Assembly (NCBI GenBank): GCA_031835245.2
Contig: JAVKOQ020000049.1
Span: 62,001-126,000, forward strand
Direction of reading: 5' to 3'
From: Balamuthia mandrillaris
Lineage: Eukaryota
DNA length: 64,000 bases
Shown: positions 46,602-63,298 of the stretch, piece by piece
How positions within the stretch are numbered: the first letter of the stretch is position 1
Layout of the letters: each line of letters begins with the position of its first letter
Made by a program: the position numbers and the translations under genes
Notes under the pieces: model-generated
What the model saw: the letters and a program-made list of their open reading frames with translations, nothing else
Databases searched by the model: none
What the model was told of the DNA's origin: nothing

Positions 46602-47246
46602 CTTTGCGTGGTGGTCTTGTTTTTTTTAATTTCCAAAAGGAAAGAAGGAAAAGGAAGAAAAAAAAGAAACACCGTTCATTTACAGAATGTTATTGTTGTG
46701 CAAGGCTAGGGCAGGATAGTATGGAAAACGTGTCTAACGAATGAGCGGTCATAAAAGGTTATGGATCTGGGACGTTTTTTCTGCTAATGCGTTTCATCTA
46801 CTTGTCGACAACAAAGGATGACGAAAAAAGGCCTTGTCGCCTATTTGCGCGTTTGCATTTGACCAACGCGCAATGGTCTGGTCCGGCGGTGGTCCTTGTC
46901 GACACTATTTTTTCCCGCTAAAAGTGGCAGGGAAGCGCAGGGACTGTTTTGCTGCCCTTTTTTCCCCTTGCCGTTTCTTTCCGGCCATTTATTCCACGCC
47001 ACAGACAAAGCGGAGAAGTGGGTGACCCAAAGTGCGTTTTTTTGTCCCTGTGTGTGTGTGTGTGCCTGTGTGTGTGACATGGGACGCGCTGCCTGCACCA
47101 CCACCTTGTACCGCTTTTCTTCTTTCTCAGCCCGCTGGTGAACTACCTGCCTGGTTGTTTTTGGGTAACAATTGTTTTAAGGAAGTAAGAGAGACCCTAT
47201 CCTATCCTTCCCTATCCTATCCTTTACACTTTTTTAAGTAGTGGCT

Positions 47247-49955
<2,709 letters not shown>

Positions 49956-50375
49956 AACATCTCTTTTAATGTTTGTTTGGGAGAAAGAAGAGTTTGTTTT
50001 TTGCTTTCCCTTGTGACAGATGCTGTATCTCTTAGCAGCTGAAACCAGCAGTAGGCTTAGTTTGAAGAAGAAATGAAAGGGAAGCGAGCGGCTCTGCTTC
50101 TTTCTCCTCCTTTTTACAAGAACTTCTCCCAAGATAATGACGACACGAAAGAATTTCGCTATTCCGTGACGACATGACAAATTGAATCGCGTTCGACTCC
50201 CAACCTTGACGGTTTTTTTTTTGCAATGAACATTTATCGTTTTCGACCAACGATAATTTGAGGATAATTCGGAGCAATGGTTAAAAATTATTCAGTTTTA
50301 GCTGAAGAGTTACAAGACTTGTAAAGGCTCTTGCGTCGAAGAAGAATAAGGGCTAACGACCAACGCCGAACGATC

Positions 50376-51431
50376 ATGACCGCTACGGAAGCCAGCACTG
50401 CTACGCCTTCGGCAGAAGACCACACCCTTGGATCGGGTTGGCAACTCCAATCGACCAAAGCCGCCGTCGGCTCTTCCTCCGGTGGAACTTCCAACGCGTT
50501 CCTGTTTCAGCTGCGGAAGTGCTACCTCGCCGCCTACAACCTTTTCATCGCGGTTGGTTGGGGCTATGTCCTCGCCCATATGCTCTACTCCTGCATACGC
50601 AGAGGAGGCCTCGGCAATGCTCTCCCCTTTCTTTTCGCTGAAGTTTGTGACGTTGTCGGTTCGTCTTCTGTTCTCCTCTTCCTTTTTTTTTTTAAAGAAA
50701 AGTATGCTGATCAGTATGAACAAACACCACAACAGCTACGTTGCAATGGGTGGTCACGTTGGAGTTGGTGCACATAGTGTGTGGCCTTGTCCCTCCTTCT
50801 ACCGTCAATGTGCTGGTGCTTGCCCACTGCAAAGTATTGCGCCGGTTGCACATACTCAACATTGCCCTCATGTTCATTCCGGAGGTAGTTTTTTTTTATG
50901 CCTCTTGCCTTTCTCTTCTCCGCTTCTTTCTCACGATGTCTCTTTGGGGCCATGCAACGACCAGCTTCACAGCCATCCAGCCGCACCGTTTCTGTTCTTG
51001 CATTGGGGTCTGTTGGATCTTATTCGGTATCCTTTCTACCTGCTCAACATGTATGGCTGCTGTCCCCGTTGGCTCCGATGGCTTCGTTACTCTGAGTTCA
51101 TCGTCCTCTATCCCATCAGTTTTATCTCTGAAAGTACATTTTCTCCTTTCTTTCTTCTTTCTTTCTTTCATCTGTTCTCTTTCGTATTCTTCTTTGCTTC
51201 TTGCTATTTGCTTCTTTCTCCTTGCTTCTCTTCCTCTTTGCTCCATCTTTCCCTAACGTTATATATTTGTTTATATCGAGAACAGTGTATTTGTGGTGGT
51301 TGATGCTGCCCTACATTTACAGCAAAGGAGTACACAACTGGACGCCGCTCCCCGATAGTTTGCCTTGGCTTGGCTTCAACTACTTTTACTTTGTTTGCCT
51401 CTACATCCCATTCCGTTGTTACAGTGCGATT

Positions 51432-51469
<38 letters not shown>

Positions 51470-51622
51470 TTCTCTTCTGTCTATTCTCTGACGCCATTAT
51501 TTCTCTCCTCTCTTCTCTTTCCTGCTCTAACTGTTCAACCAACAGCATTCCCAGGGAACTACCTGCGCATGCTGCGACTTCGTCGCAGAAAGACTCCAAA
51601 CGAAAAGAAAAAGACAAAGTAA
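50376..51622 (+). CDS. 3-hydroxyacyl-CoA dehydratase (HACD/PTPLA/Phs1 family)
   Basis: YLAAYN..GW, LELVH..G, DLIRYPFY, WLRYS.FIVLYPISFISE (catalytic Y and E), C-terminal KKTK ER-retrieval signal. Confidence 0.88.
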
Positions 51623-51719
51623 AAATTTGTTTTGAAATAAGAAAAATAATATTGAAGTTTGCCAAACAAAAGAAGAGAACGGAAAGAAGAAGAAAGAAAA
51701 AAAAAAAACGAAACGTTGT

Positions 51720-54072
51720 TTAGTCGGCTTTGCGGATGTCTTGTTCTTGTTCGCTGGACCACTCCCCTTCCTCTTGCTCTTCCGTCGCCAATTCTTCAGG
51801 GGGTGTTTGTTCCTCCGCCACTTCTTCCTTCTCTTCCTTCACCATCTCAAAGTCTTCCTCCGCTGGCGATTCTGCAGCTTTGTCTTGTGGCTGTTCCTCT
51901 TCTTCCTCCACTTGACCATCTTCTCCCATCACTTTAAATTCTGTATGTTTGGTTTTAAAGTGAGCTGCTAGAAAAAGAAGAGAAACGGAAGAACGATAGA
52001 AGGAGAGGAACAGAGGAAAGAACGAAAGAGAACCTTCAATAAGATCTCGATGGATGTCGGACATGATTTGAGGGTAAACAGAGGCAAGGCGCTGTTGGGC
52101 TCGCTCCTTCTGGCAGCTTTTCTCGGCGCGCAATGCTAATTGAAGATCCGGGAAAAGGTTCTCATACTCCAATGGATCAGCCAGTGACTCAGCGGCCTTT
52201 GGATTCACTTTGCTGAGATCTTCCTTCCACAACTTCACTATGCGCGATACGTGACTGTAAATAGTTTTCAAGTTATTTGGACTAGTCAGGAAACAAATCG
52301 AAAACCAGGAAGAGAGATGAATGTAGAGGAAATAGAAAATACCTAGGAGCATAAGTCCGTGCCATGAATGCAGCCTCAGGAATACGGCCAGTCTTGCAGA
52401 GGAGGTCCAAACAGTCCTCCACCTTGTTCAAAAGGAACAGGCACATGAACGCGATATTGTTCTTGCCTTGTTGAAGGGCCAGTTGGGCAAGCTTCTGTAC
52501 GCCAGCCCCATCCGCCAGAGATGTATAGAGCAGCAACAGTCCATTCAGATCTTGTGCTTTCTGCAAACACTCTTCTGCCAATTTGAACTAAAAAGGGAAG
52601 CAAAAGAAAAAAGCAAGGTAAGGATAACAGCAAAAGCGCGAAAAAAGAGGAAAGCAAGAATACATACGCTGTTGCAGGAGATAGCAAGGTCTCCCAATTG
52701 CCTCCACTTGTGATCCGACTCGCTCTCACCGGCAATCTGCTGTGCAATCTCCAGCTTTCCCAACTGCACAGCAAGATCGAACCTCATGTCCGGGTCATTG
52801 GCCACCTTGAGCGCCTCCTCCTTGTGTCCCTGCGACTCCAAGAACTGAGCCACGCGATCGCGAGACTCGGTGGGAATGGAGGGGAGGAGCTCCTCAGCAG
52901 CGGTAAAGTCCCCACGAATGATCGCGGTTTGGTAGTTAATGATGGAGAGGTGGAGGGTATAGCACACCACGTTCAGGTTTTTATCGACGAGGTAGAGGCG
53001 GTTATCGCGAGGAATATAGCCCAACAAATACATTTGGCTTGATTTTTTTTTTTTGTTTTTGTTGGGAGCAGAGAGAGAGAGAGAGAGATCAGGAACAGGA
53101 AAGGGAAATGAAATTAAAAAAAAAAAGAGGAAAGAATAGGCACCGATCAAGATGAGAGATGGTGAAGGTTTCGCCACCGACACAGTAATTAAGACGGTTG
53201 TTAGAGTTGGTATAAACGAAGCAATCTCCAGCCCACTTGGCAGTGCGCACACTAAAAGCGGAGAAACAGCAAAAACGGTAAATCACAAAAGCCTAAATAT
53301 CAGCAAAATGAGAGAAGCGTATGAAAAACCAAACATACCGTTCGTTGATCTCGTAGAGAAGTTCAAAAGCGGCAGTCACTCCCTCCTCACTCGGTCCAGA
53401 GTCATTTTCTATGGCTTCAGCAACCGCATCTTTGTTGTACTTGAGAATGTAGAAAGAGGTGTCTGCCGCTATGGCCACCACCTCTCCATTGTCTGACCAA
53501 AATGTCTGATTTAAAGAAAAAAGAACACATTATAAGTTAATGACGAAATAAAATAGAATAACACTTCGAAAAAGGTAAACGGGATATAACGTACAGCTTT
53601 AGGGCAGACATCGATCCTTCGCACAAAATTGCCTTCCCAATCATAGAAGCAAACAAAAGTACTGGAACGAAGACCAAGCAATGCGCCTATTTACTCGAAT
53701 GTAAGTAAAGAAAAAAAAAAAACACAACAAAAGACAAGATTTAAAAAGTACCTCCAAATATGCCCTCAGCAGTAAAGTTGGGGCGAATGATCTTTGTTTC
53801 CTTAAAGTTCTTGAAAATTTTGACCTTGGAGGTAGTCTCGCGCACGGCATAGGCGTTCTTCTCGGTGGCCCACACAAACTCTAAAGCGCTGCCAAAGCTC
53901 TTGTTTCTGAGGTTAAGCGCGGTGTAGATGATGTACTCGCCATCACCGCAAGCTACCACGAAGCGGCCGTTCTGGTTGTGTTGCAAAGTTTGAGGGTAGA
54001 TCTCGCAGCTGCCCAAATCTTTGGTGGCCAGAGCTACTCTCTCGCCATCCACAATTTCTATTTGACACAATC

Positions 54073-54109
<37 letters not shown>

Positions 54110-55319
54110 GAATGTAAGTTTATGGTTGGCTTTCTTTGTTTGAAGGAAAGGTGTACCGCTGGCAGCCTTTACATTACAGGTTTGTATCTCGTTGTGCTTG
54201 GCCCATATAATTTTGCCACTGCTATCCATACTCACAGCAGGTTCCTCACTTCCCAACTAGATGCGTTCAAAAAACACAAGTTAGCTCAAAAACCTGGATA
54301 GAAAGCAAAGGCAAAAATACCTTGATCATAACACAACCCTCGTCATAACCCAACGCCACTTTGTTGGAGTTCTTCAAAGTGGCCAAAGCCCAAATGCGCT
54401 CCATGCCATAATTGAGGGTCTTCTCCAAACGATAAGTGCTAGAGTGCCACAAGCGTACGGTGCCGTCCTCAGAGCCGGTGAGGATAATGGGTAGCGTGGG
54501 GTGGAAGCTCACCACGGAGACGTTATGGGTATGTCCCTCCAATGTTTGCACGCAAGACTTGTTCTGATAGTCCCATACTTTGGCCGTTCTGTGGCGGAAC
54601 AAAAAACAATCAAAGGTGAGTAGGAATATTTAACAATAGCAAAAGGATTGTAATGAAAGATTACTTGTCATCAGCGCCAGAAATGAGATAGGGCTTGTCT
54701 CCGCCCATGAAATACTCCACGCAGTTCACACCCTTTTCGTGTCCTTCCAAAGTGAAGTTAGGCACTTGCGAGCTCAAGCTCCATACCTTCATTTAAACAA
54801 TAAAATGTTGAGTAAACCCTATAAAAAAGGCCAAAGCAAAAGAGAAGCATCAAGAAAAAATGACAGAGCAAGATACCTTGACGGTTCTATCCAACGAAGC
54901 GCTGGCAAAGGTGTTGGGGTCCTTGGGGTTGAAGACCGTCATCATGACATAGTGAGTGTGCCCCTCGAAGATCTGAATGTTGGTCCAGCCCTTCTCCCAA
55001 TCCCAAAGTTTGATGAGCATGTCGTCAGAGGAGGAGAGGACGTAGGGTTGAGTGGGATGGATGGCGATGGAACGAATGTAGTCCGCGTGAGCCTCAAAGG
55101 CGGCCACTCTTTCCAGCGTGTTGTAGTTGTAGACGCGGAGGAACAAGTCGTCTGAGCCTGTGATGATCCATTGCTTTCTATCTATGAACTTGCTGGTACG
55201 CACTGCAAGTAACAAAGCACATCGAGAGTGAGGACTCAACAAAAAGAGAAGAGGAGAAAATAACGAAAGAGAACAGCGAAGAAAGATAACGAAAAAGCAG
55301 AGCGGCACAGATGTGTGAG

Positions 55320-55359
<40 letters not shown>

Positions 55360-55855
55360 GAGAAGGTGTACCAGGCAAGTCAGTAACTTCGAAAGATTTG
55401 ACGAGGTTTTGGGTCTTGTAGTTCCAGATGTAGACATGGCCGTTGTACAAGCTGGCAAGGATCCACGGCTCAGTAGGGTGAAAGTCCACGCTTTTGACAC
55501 GGTCTGACCTCGCTGAGAATTTGCGCTGTGGAAGCAAAGAGAGAAAAAAAAAGAGAGAAAGAAGCAAACAGGAATAAAAAAAAGAGAGAGATTCAATGAG
55601 ACAAAGCATGATTGTGTTGAGGCAGACAAAACAAATCAAAAGATTTGAAAAGGGTACGCACGTTAATGTCGAAACGAAGAGGCTGTTATTTTTTTGTTGC
55701 GTGTTGATTGATTCAAAAAATGAGACGAAATGAAGAAAGAGGTCACGAGAGGGATTGAAAAAGTGAAAGAGAAAGAGAAGCGTCAAAAAACTCATGCATC
55801 TCTGATCACTCACACAACACCAAAAAAAAATAGGGGGAGAAAGAGAACGCACCAT
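51720..55855 (-). CDS. COPB2: Coatomer subunit beta' (COPB2/Sec27), multi-exon
   Basis: [99 protein letters not shown]. First coding exon is ATG only. Confidence 0.97.
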
Positions 55856-56077
55856 TTTTGTGCACAAGTCCCCCCAAAAAAAAAAACACACACACACAAC
55901 CACCCAAAAAAGCCTTACTGGTACCAGCAAAGAAGAAGGGGAAGAAGGCCAAGTAGCGAGGTGGTGGTCTTGTTTGTCCTGTTCTCCTCTCTGCTCTCTT
56001 GCCACTACTCTTTTTTTTTCGTTTGGCCAGGATCAGAAACTAAACTAAACTAAAAACTTTCCAAAAACAGGTTTGTT

Positions 56078-56150
56078 GTCGACGTTCTACCGACGTGGCG
56101 TTAAACGTCGACAATGCTGACGCGAGCTCTGTCGACGTGATTGAGTCGAC
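56078..56150. promoter_or_regulatory. Cluster of four GTCGAC palindromes in the COPB2/MFS divergent promoter
   Basis: GTCGAC at 56078, 56107, 56131 and 56145. Confidence 0.5.
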
Positions 56151-56232
56151 GGAAAATAGAAACGATAATGTCGTCATGAGAGCACAGCTCAAGGGAAAAA
56201 AAGAAACTAAACGAAGAGAAGAAGAAAGAGGA

Positions 56233-58702
56233 ATGAAAGGCGGCGGCGAGGAGGTGGACGAAGGAACGTTGCCGTCTGTTGCCCCGCTGTCCCCTACTAT
56301 CCCCGCATCGCTGCAAGAAATGGAGAAGGAGTCCTTGTTAGGCAACCCCACCGAGCACGACGATAAAATTGGCGTTGCGGCGGGGCAGGAGGGCGATGGG
56401 GAGGACGAGGAGGACTGTTTTGACAAAGAGCTGGAACGCATCGGCACCGGCTGGTTCCAGTACCTCGCCATGAGCATCCTCGGCCTCGGCAATGCTGCAG
56501 ATGCGGTCGAGTTGTTGGCCATCGGATACATCTTACCCGAACTGCCCAGCGTCTCTGGCACCGAGAAATGTCAGTCCAGTACTCTTTTTTTAAAAGATTT
56601 GTTTCTTCTTTGTGGATCTTTCTGACCCCTGTTCCAAAACACAACCATTTAAATGCAAACCTCAGCCTTTCTTTCAGCAGCCGTCTTTATGGGCATGCTG
56701 GTCGGCGGCGTGGCCTGCGGCCTCGGCAGCGACCGTTTCGGCCGCAAGCCCTGCCTGCTCGTCTGCCTCTTCACCAACTTCCTTTTCGGCTTCCTCTCCG
56801 CGTTTGCCCCCAACGCCAGCACCCTCATCGGCTTTCGCGTGCTGTCGGGCGTCGGGGTGGGCGGCTCCGTGCCCTCTGTCTTCACCATGGCGGCCGAGTT
56901 CCTGTGCGCCGCTAGGCGGGGCTTCTGGGTGACTTATGTGGCTTGGTGGTGGATGGTGGGGAGCATCTTCGCAGCCAGCGCTGCTTGGATCATGATAGGT
57001 TTGGCTTTACCCTTCAATATTTTGTTTTTGTTTTGTTTTTTTTTTTTTGTGTTGTGTTGTGTTGTGCACGCGTTTGTATTTTTTGAGAGAGAAGAGAACG
57101 GCGAAGAGAAGAGAAGAGTACGACGAAGAGAAGGACGAAGAGAAGAGTAGAGTACGACGAAGAGAAGAGAACGATGAAGAGAACAGAAGACAGAGGAGGG
57201 AGAGTCAAAGCAGAGGAAAAAGAGAGAACCGTTTACAATACTGTTATGTCATGGATGTTGCTGCTTCTTGCATGTGCATTTCGTTATTTTGCATTGACTA
57301 ACAAATGGTTGAAAAACATCATAACAGGTGTATGGGATTTGTCGTGGCGATATTTTGCGGCAGTGGCAGCCATGCCATCCTTGCTTTGTTTTCTTCTCTG
57401 CCTGTTCTTCGTGCCAGAGACTCCTCGCTTCCTCTACACAAAACGTCACTTTGATAAAACCCTCAAAGTGCTTTCCTTCATGAGCAAGCTCAACGGTCAA
57501 GGTACTCAATTGCGTATAACTGCAGAGGCTCTTGCTGCTGCAGCAAACCAGATGGACTATCAAGAAGGAGAAAAAGAAGACGAAGGAGGTCGAAGACAGG
57601 AACCTTCTTTCCTGTCACTTGCGGAACACGAAGAGAGCAACTACGCTTTGTACGAGCGAGAGGAAAATGATGATGATAGTATGAATTATCGAAAGAAGAA
57701 GAGGTTAGCGACATCAGATTCTTCTTCCAATGTGGTGATCAGTGGAGATGAAGAGGATATACCTCCACGAAGCATTAAGGAAGCAGCTCGTAGGGCTGAA
57801 GTCAAGATACTCTCGCCTATTCTTGCACGCTCCCAATCCATTATGCAATTATTTCATCCTTCTATTGCTAGAACTACTGGTACTCTCTCTCTCTCTCTCT
57901 CACGTTTCTTGTTTATTCTGATGCGGTATTACTGCAACAGTACTGCAAATGATCATTTGGTTTACGTTGAGTTTTGGATGGTATGGCCTCATTTTGTGGA
58001 TTCCTTCTCTGTTTGAGAAATCGGGCTTTGATGTTAATATCTATCAAGACGCTTTTCTTGTGGCCGCTGCCAATTTACCAGGTACGTTCTTTGCTCCTTG
58101 CTCAATTTTCATCGCTTTCATCTTACTGTGCGTTTTTGTGTAAAACAGGCAACATCGCATCTGCGCTTTTAATGGATCGATTGGGTCGAAAGATGATACT
58201 ATTTCTAAGCATGGCCATCGCCGCCTGCTTAGCTGTTGGTTTTGCTTTCTCACACAACCCTATTGCTACTGTACATCGCTCTTCTTCTCCTGTTACTTTT
58301 TCACCTGTTATTTATCCCTAACCCAACCAACATATTCCACCAACCCAGGTAACCATAGCGTGTGCTTTCAACGCCATCTCTGTGGGCGGTTGGAACGCTC
58401 TGGATTGCCTCTCTGCCGAGTCCTTCCCCACGGCCCTCCGCACGTTCGCCATGGGCCTCCTCTCCGCCTGCGGGCGGCTGGGCTCCACCGCCGCCCAGCT
58501 GATAAACGGACACTTGGTGGAGCGATCCGTTTTCCTCCTGCTCGTCATTGCCAGCGGCAACATGTTCGTTGGGGCGGTGGCAGGCCTGTTCCTCCCAAAG
58601 GAAACGAAGGGGGCCAAACTCAGGGATCGTTTGCAGCCTCTACCACCAAAGCCCTCCTTTAGCCAGACATCAACAGGAGATTCTTCTGTTACTGTTTATT
58701 AA
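56233..58702 (+). CDS. MFS transporter, SV2/SVOP-like, multi-exon
   Basis: LERIGTGWFQ, GNAADAVE, SDRFGRK, FRVLSGVGVGG, AEF..RRG, PETPRFL, MDRLGRK, ESFPTALR, LPKETKG. Alternative start at 56176 possible. Confidence 0.92.
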
Positions 58703-58987
58703 GGTTTGTTCTTTCAAAAAAACCAAAACATATGTGGATAGCAACCAAACAAACAAAAGACGAGAACAACAACATTCATTTCTTTGCGCTTATGAGCACC
58801 CCCCGAAATGTAAACGACGTTTCGCCTAACCGGAAGATGATGATCATTGCTTGCTCGCTTGTTAGGCTAAATTACTGTTATGAGGCGACAACTAGGCCCA
58901 AGCATTCCCGACTTCTGAGAAGTTGCTCCTTTCTATTCAGTCCAGTGAAGAGAACAAACCAAACGTGGCAAACCAAACGTAACACTC

Positions 58988-59929
58988 ATGGGCGCTTCCT
59001 ATTTAGTGCTGCTCTTCTTGCTCCTCTCCTCATGCAAGGGAGAGCCCATCGGCCCATGGCACGACGGCAGGGCCACCTACTACCTGGAGATCGACGGGGG
59101 CAACTGCGGCTACGGTCCCATCTCCCGCGACGCCTTCCCCCACGGCTTCATCGTGGCGCCCAACCAGGCCCTCTTTGCTGAGTCTGAGGTCTGCGGGGCT
59201 TGCTTTGAGGTCGTTTGCGACGCGGACAGGTCTCCTGACGCATGCCTTGACGGCAATTCCAGCGTCATTGTGCAAGGTTCTTTCTTCGTTGCTTCTTTCC
59301 TCTCCTCCTTCTCCACCTCTTTCTACTTAAAAAAAAACATGTAGCAACGGATCAGTGCCCATGCGAAGGGAATGAGGGCTGGTGCTGCGGCGACATGGAC
59401 CATTTTGACCTGAGCCTGGCGGCCTTTGAGGAGATTGCCAAGACCTCCGCCGGCGTGTTCTTCACCAAGTACAGGCGCGTTGCCTGCGACGTCCGAGGTC
59501 CCTTGAAGCTGAAGCTCAAGGATGGTACCAACGCGGTTCGTTTTTCTTTTCCTGCCCTCTCTCTCACTTCTCTCACCGATGCAACGTCAGTGGTGGTTCT
59601 CTGTCCTGCCGTTCAACGTGGGAGGGGGTGGAACCGTCAGCAAAGTAGAAGTCAAGGACAGCGGGGCCTCGGGCTGGATCTCCATGGAGCGCCAGTCCTA
59701 CAACTACTGGCTGGCAGAGTCCGGCCCGGGCTTTCAGGCTCCCCTGGAGGTTCGGGTCACCAACGAGGTCTCCGGCGAGAGCCTCATCGTCATGGTCAAC
59801 GCGATCCAAGAGGAGTCCATCCACGAGGCGGACACCAACTTTGACGCCACCGACGGGGTGGACGGCGGCAGCGCCGCCCCTTGCCCCTCCTCCTCGCTTC
59901 TCTCCTCTTACCCCTTCCTCCTCCCGTAA
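58988..59929 (+). CDS. Expansin-like protein (DPBB + CBM63-like), 3 exons
   Basis: Signal peptide, GRATYY..GGNCGYG, CGACFEV, TDQCPC, HFDLS..AF, YRRVAC, W..M.R..YNYW. Confidence 0.9.
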
Positions 59930-60199
59930 CAGCAGCCTTCCTCTCGTCGTCACATTGTGCACCATTGGAGCTGCAATATTCCCCCTGTTTTTTTGTAATT
60001 TTTGCGGACATTATTGTCGACGTTATTTGTGTCGACATCTCCTGCTTGTGACGTCATCCAACATCGTCAGAAAAGAGAGGGGAGAACCAACGCGCTTTTT
60101 TCCTGCAGATTTAGCCTACCCGTCGTCGACTTTGTTATTTTTGGAGTAACTCTATCTTTTTCTCTCTCTACCTCTCTCTCTCTGTGACGCTTGTGTGTG

Positions 60200-60642
60200 A
60201 TGCAAACCTTGGAACCAAGGGGCGACCAACCACCACCACCACCACCACCAGAGCAGAAAAATATTACGGAACAGGAAAGACAGCAAAGCTCCTCGAAAGA
60301 GAACCGCAGCAGCCGCAAGGAGAACGTGGCGAGGGAAGTTCTGCTGGAGGCCAACCACAAGGCAGCGAATTCGGTAGCAGCGTTGGGAGTGTCCCCGCTT
60401 CGTTGGAGAGCAGCCTCATCCTCATCGCAACGTGGCGACAACAACGGTAGCTCACGTCGGAGAAAAATGTTGGTGGGAGAGACGCAGGAAGACACCACCG
60501 CGGAGGAGGAGAAGCAGGAAGCCATGGTGGAGGGAAGTGGCAAGGCAGGGTTGATGCTGGCCAAAGAGAAGGAGCGGAGAGACCGTTGGAGCATGGTCAT
60601 TTTGATAATTTTGTGTACGAAAATACACAGTCTCATTTTTGT

Positions 60643-60682
<40 letters not shown>

Positions 60683-63298
60683 TTCTCTTTCTCTTTCTCT
60701 TTCTCTCTTTTTTTCTTTCTTTTCGTTTTTTCACCTCTTCTCTTTTTCGTTCTCTATGCTCTCTGCTTCTCTTCTCTCTTCTCTCCTCTTTCTTCTCTGC
60801 TTCTCTTTGATCTTGCTTTCACCTTCCATGTTTCTATTTCTTTTTTCTGTTACTCCCCCACCATTTTCTTAACCGTTTTGTTTAAACTCATCCACTTCGT
60901 CTAGACATGATTCAGGGGGTGCCATTGGGGTTGACGCTGGGTTCTCTTCCATTCCTGATACAAAACAAAAGCAGCTACACACAGATAGGAGTATTTTCTC
61001 TGGCCTCCTATCCTTACAGCCTCAAGCTGTTGTGGTCTCCTCTTGTTGATGGCGTGTTTTCAGATCGTACATAACATTTCTTCTTCTTTTTCTTTTACTT
61101 CTTATTCTCATTCTTATTTTCTTATACTTGTGCTTCTTTTTCCTTCATTTTTTTATTCTTTACGATTCCTTATTAAAAACAATTTACATACAGGGATAGG
61201 ACGGCGAAAGAGTTGGATAGTGCCCATACAGTTCCTGTCAGGCTTGCTTTTGTACAACATCAGCCTTTGGATAGAGGATGCCTTGAGCAGTACCCATGTT
61301 CCTGTAACTCAACTCACAATCACGTTCTTTGTGCTTGTCGTGATGGTGGCCACTCAAGACATCGCTGTTGACGGTTCGTATCTCGCTCTCGTTCTTGTCT
61401 TGTTTTTGTTGTGCCACCTATTCCTTTTCGTGCTCTTTCTTTGTATTTTTGATTTGTACTGAGAGTATAATGTTGCGTCAATGAAAAGGTTGGGCTCTAA
61501 CAATGCTTTCGAGGGCAAAACGAGGCTACGCCTCTACTTGTCAGGTGCATTATCTTTCGTTATCTTCATGTCTCTCTTCCTCTGTTTCTTTATTTCGTCA
61601 GAGCCTCCTCCTTTTATTTTTCCCCTTTCTCTTTTTTCTTTCTCTTTCTCTTTTCTTTTTCTTTCTTTCGGTTATTTTTATATCTTCTTTTTTTCCTTAC
61701 AAATTAACAACCTAAAAGACAATAGGCCTCAATTGTGGATATTTTCTCTCCTTCACCATCTTTCTTGCTCTAAACTCGGCAGAGTTCAGCAATGCCTACC
61801 TTCGCAGCACGGACCATCAACAACCCACAGGAGTTTTGTCAGTGAGCATGTACATTCGTTTCTGGGCTATCATCTACTTGCTCGTTACCTTCTATTTGGC
61901 TTTCTTCCAAGCAGAGAAAAAAGTCAAGAAAAGAACGACGATAACGAGACCCCATCAACGCAACAACAATTCTGCTTTGTCGCTTCAACCAGAAGAGAAG
62001 ATTGAATTTACGTCAAGTTATCGTCGTTCGCATGAAGACTTTGACGAAAATGAAGAAGCAAGAGGAAAAGCAGAAGCACGATTGTTAGACGTACATGAAA
62101 GTGAACATGAACACGAAGAAGACTATGTTGAAGATGGTTTGACCGTAACTGCCATCTACACCAAGATATGGCAAATTGTCAACCTTCAACACATGAGAAA
62201 GTTGCTTTTAGTATTGGTGTTGTACAAGATTGGCTTCATGGCGGCGGACAGCGTTGGCGCGTTGAAGCTGATAGAAAAGGGCTTCAAGAAGGAGGACTTG
62301 GCTTTGTTCGTCTTGATAGAGTTTCCATTCCAGATATGCTCCGCTGTACTGGCTGGTCGTTGGTCCAGTGGTGATCAACCGTTAAAAGTAGTACGTATTT
62401 GTCTCCCTGTTATTGGTTTTTTTTTTTGTTTGTTTCTTTGTTTTTTTGTTCATCTTGTTCTGTTTTGCTTTGTTGAATTACTAATCGATTGTATTGTAAC
62501 TAGTGGCTGACTTCATATAAAATGCGGCTGGCAATTTCGTCGCTGAGCGTGTTGGTCATCTACTTCTTCCCTGCCTCTGGACACATCAGCTATGGCTACT
62601 ATTTCTTGATTTTGGGTGTCACGCTTGCCACCTCCTTTGCTGGCACTGTTCAATTTGTGTCTCAGGTACCTTTTTTTTCAATCTCCTTTTTGCTTCTCTG
62701 CTCTTTCTCTTTTCTTTTCCTTGCTTCTCCTCTTGTCTCTTTTTTCTTCATCTTCTTTTTATCACCTTCAAAACACGCACTAACAAATTTCGATAACTTG
62801 CAAAAGGGAGCTTTCTTTGCACGAATCAGCGATTCCTCAATAGGAGGCACCTACTTAACTCTCCTCAACACATTCTCCAATTTCGGTGGGACATGGCCCA
62901 AGTTCTTCGTTCTTTACTTTGTCGACTTTTTCACCACCAAACATTGCATACTCAACAACAATGATAATGACGATGCAGCAGGTGCCTCAGCCTCTCTTTC
63001 GAACAACAACTTTTGTGCTTCGGAAGAAGAACAAGAGAGTTGTGTTGCTTTAGGAGGAACTTGTACGATTGTCAGCGATGGATACTATCTTGTGGCGATG
63101 GCGTGCAGCGTTATAGGCCTTATCACATTCCTCTTCCTACAGAGATACTTTTTGCCCTTGCAACACCTGAAGAAGTCAGCATGGATGTTACCTCGTTCAT
63201 CTGCTTCTTCGTTTTCCTCTTCTTCAGAACATGTTATAGAAAGAGGAGGAGGGGATGGTTCTTCTTCGACTGTTGCTCACCGTAAATCCAACAACTGA
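60200..63298 (+). CDS. SLC33A1: Acetyl-CoA transporter (SLC33A1/AT-1), multi-exon
   Basis: LYMIQGVPLGL..GSLPFL, YPYSLKLLWSPLVD, GRRKSWIVPIQ, ATQDIAVDGWAL, YASTCQ, FFARISD..IGGTYLTLLNT.SNFGGTWP, DGYY. Confidence 0.95.
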
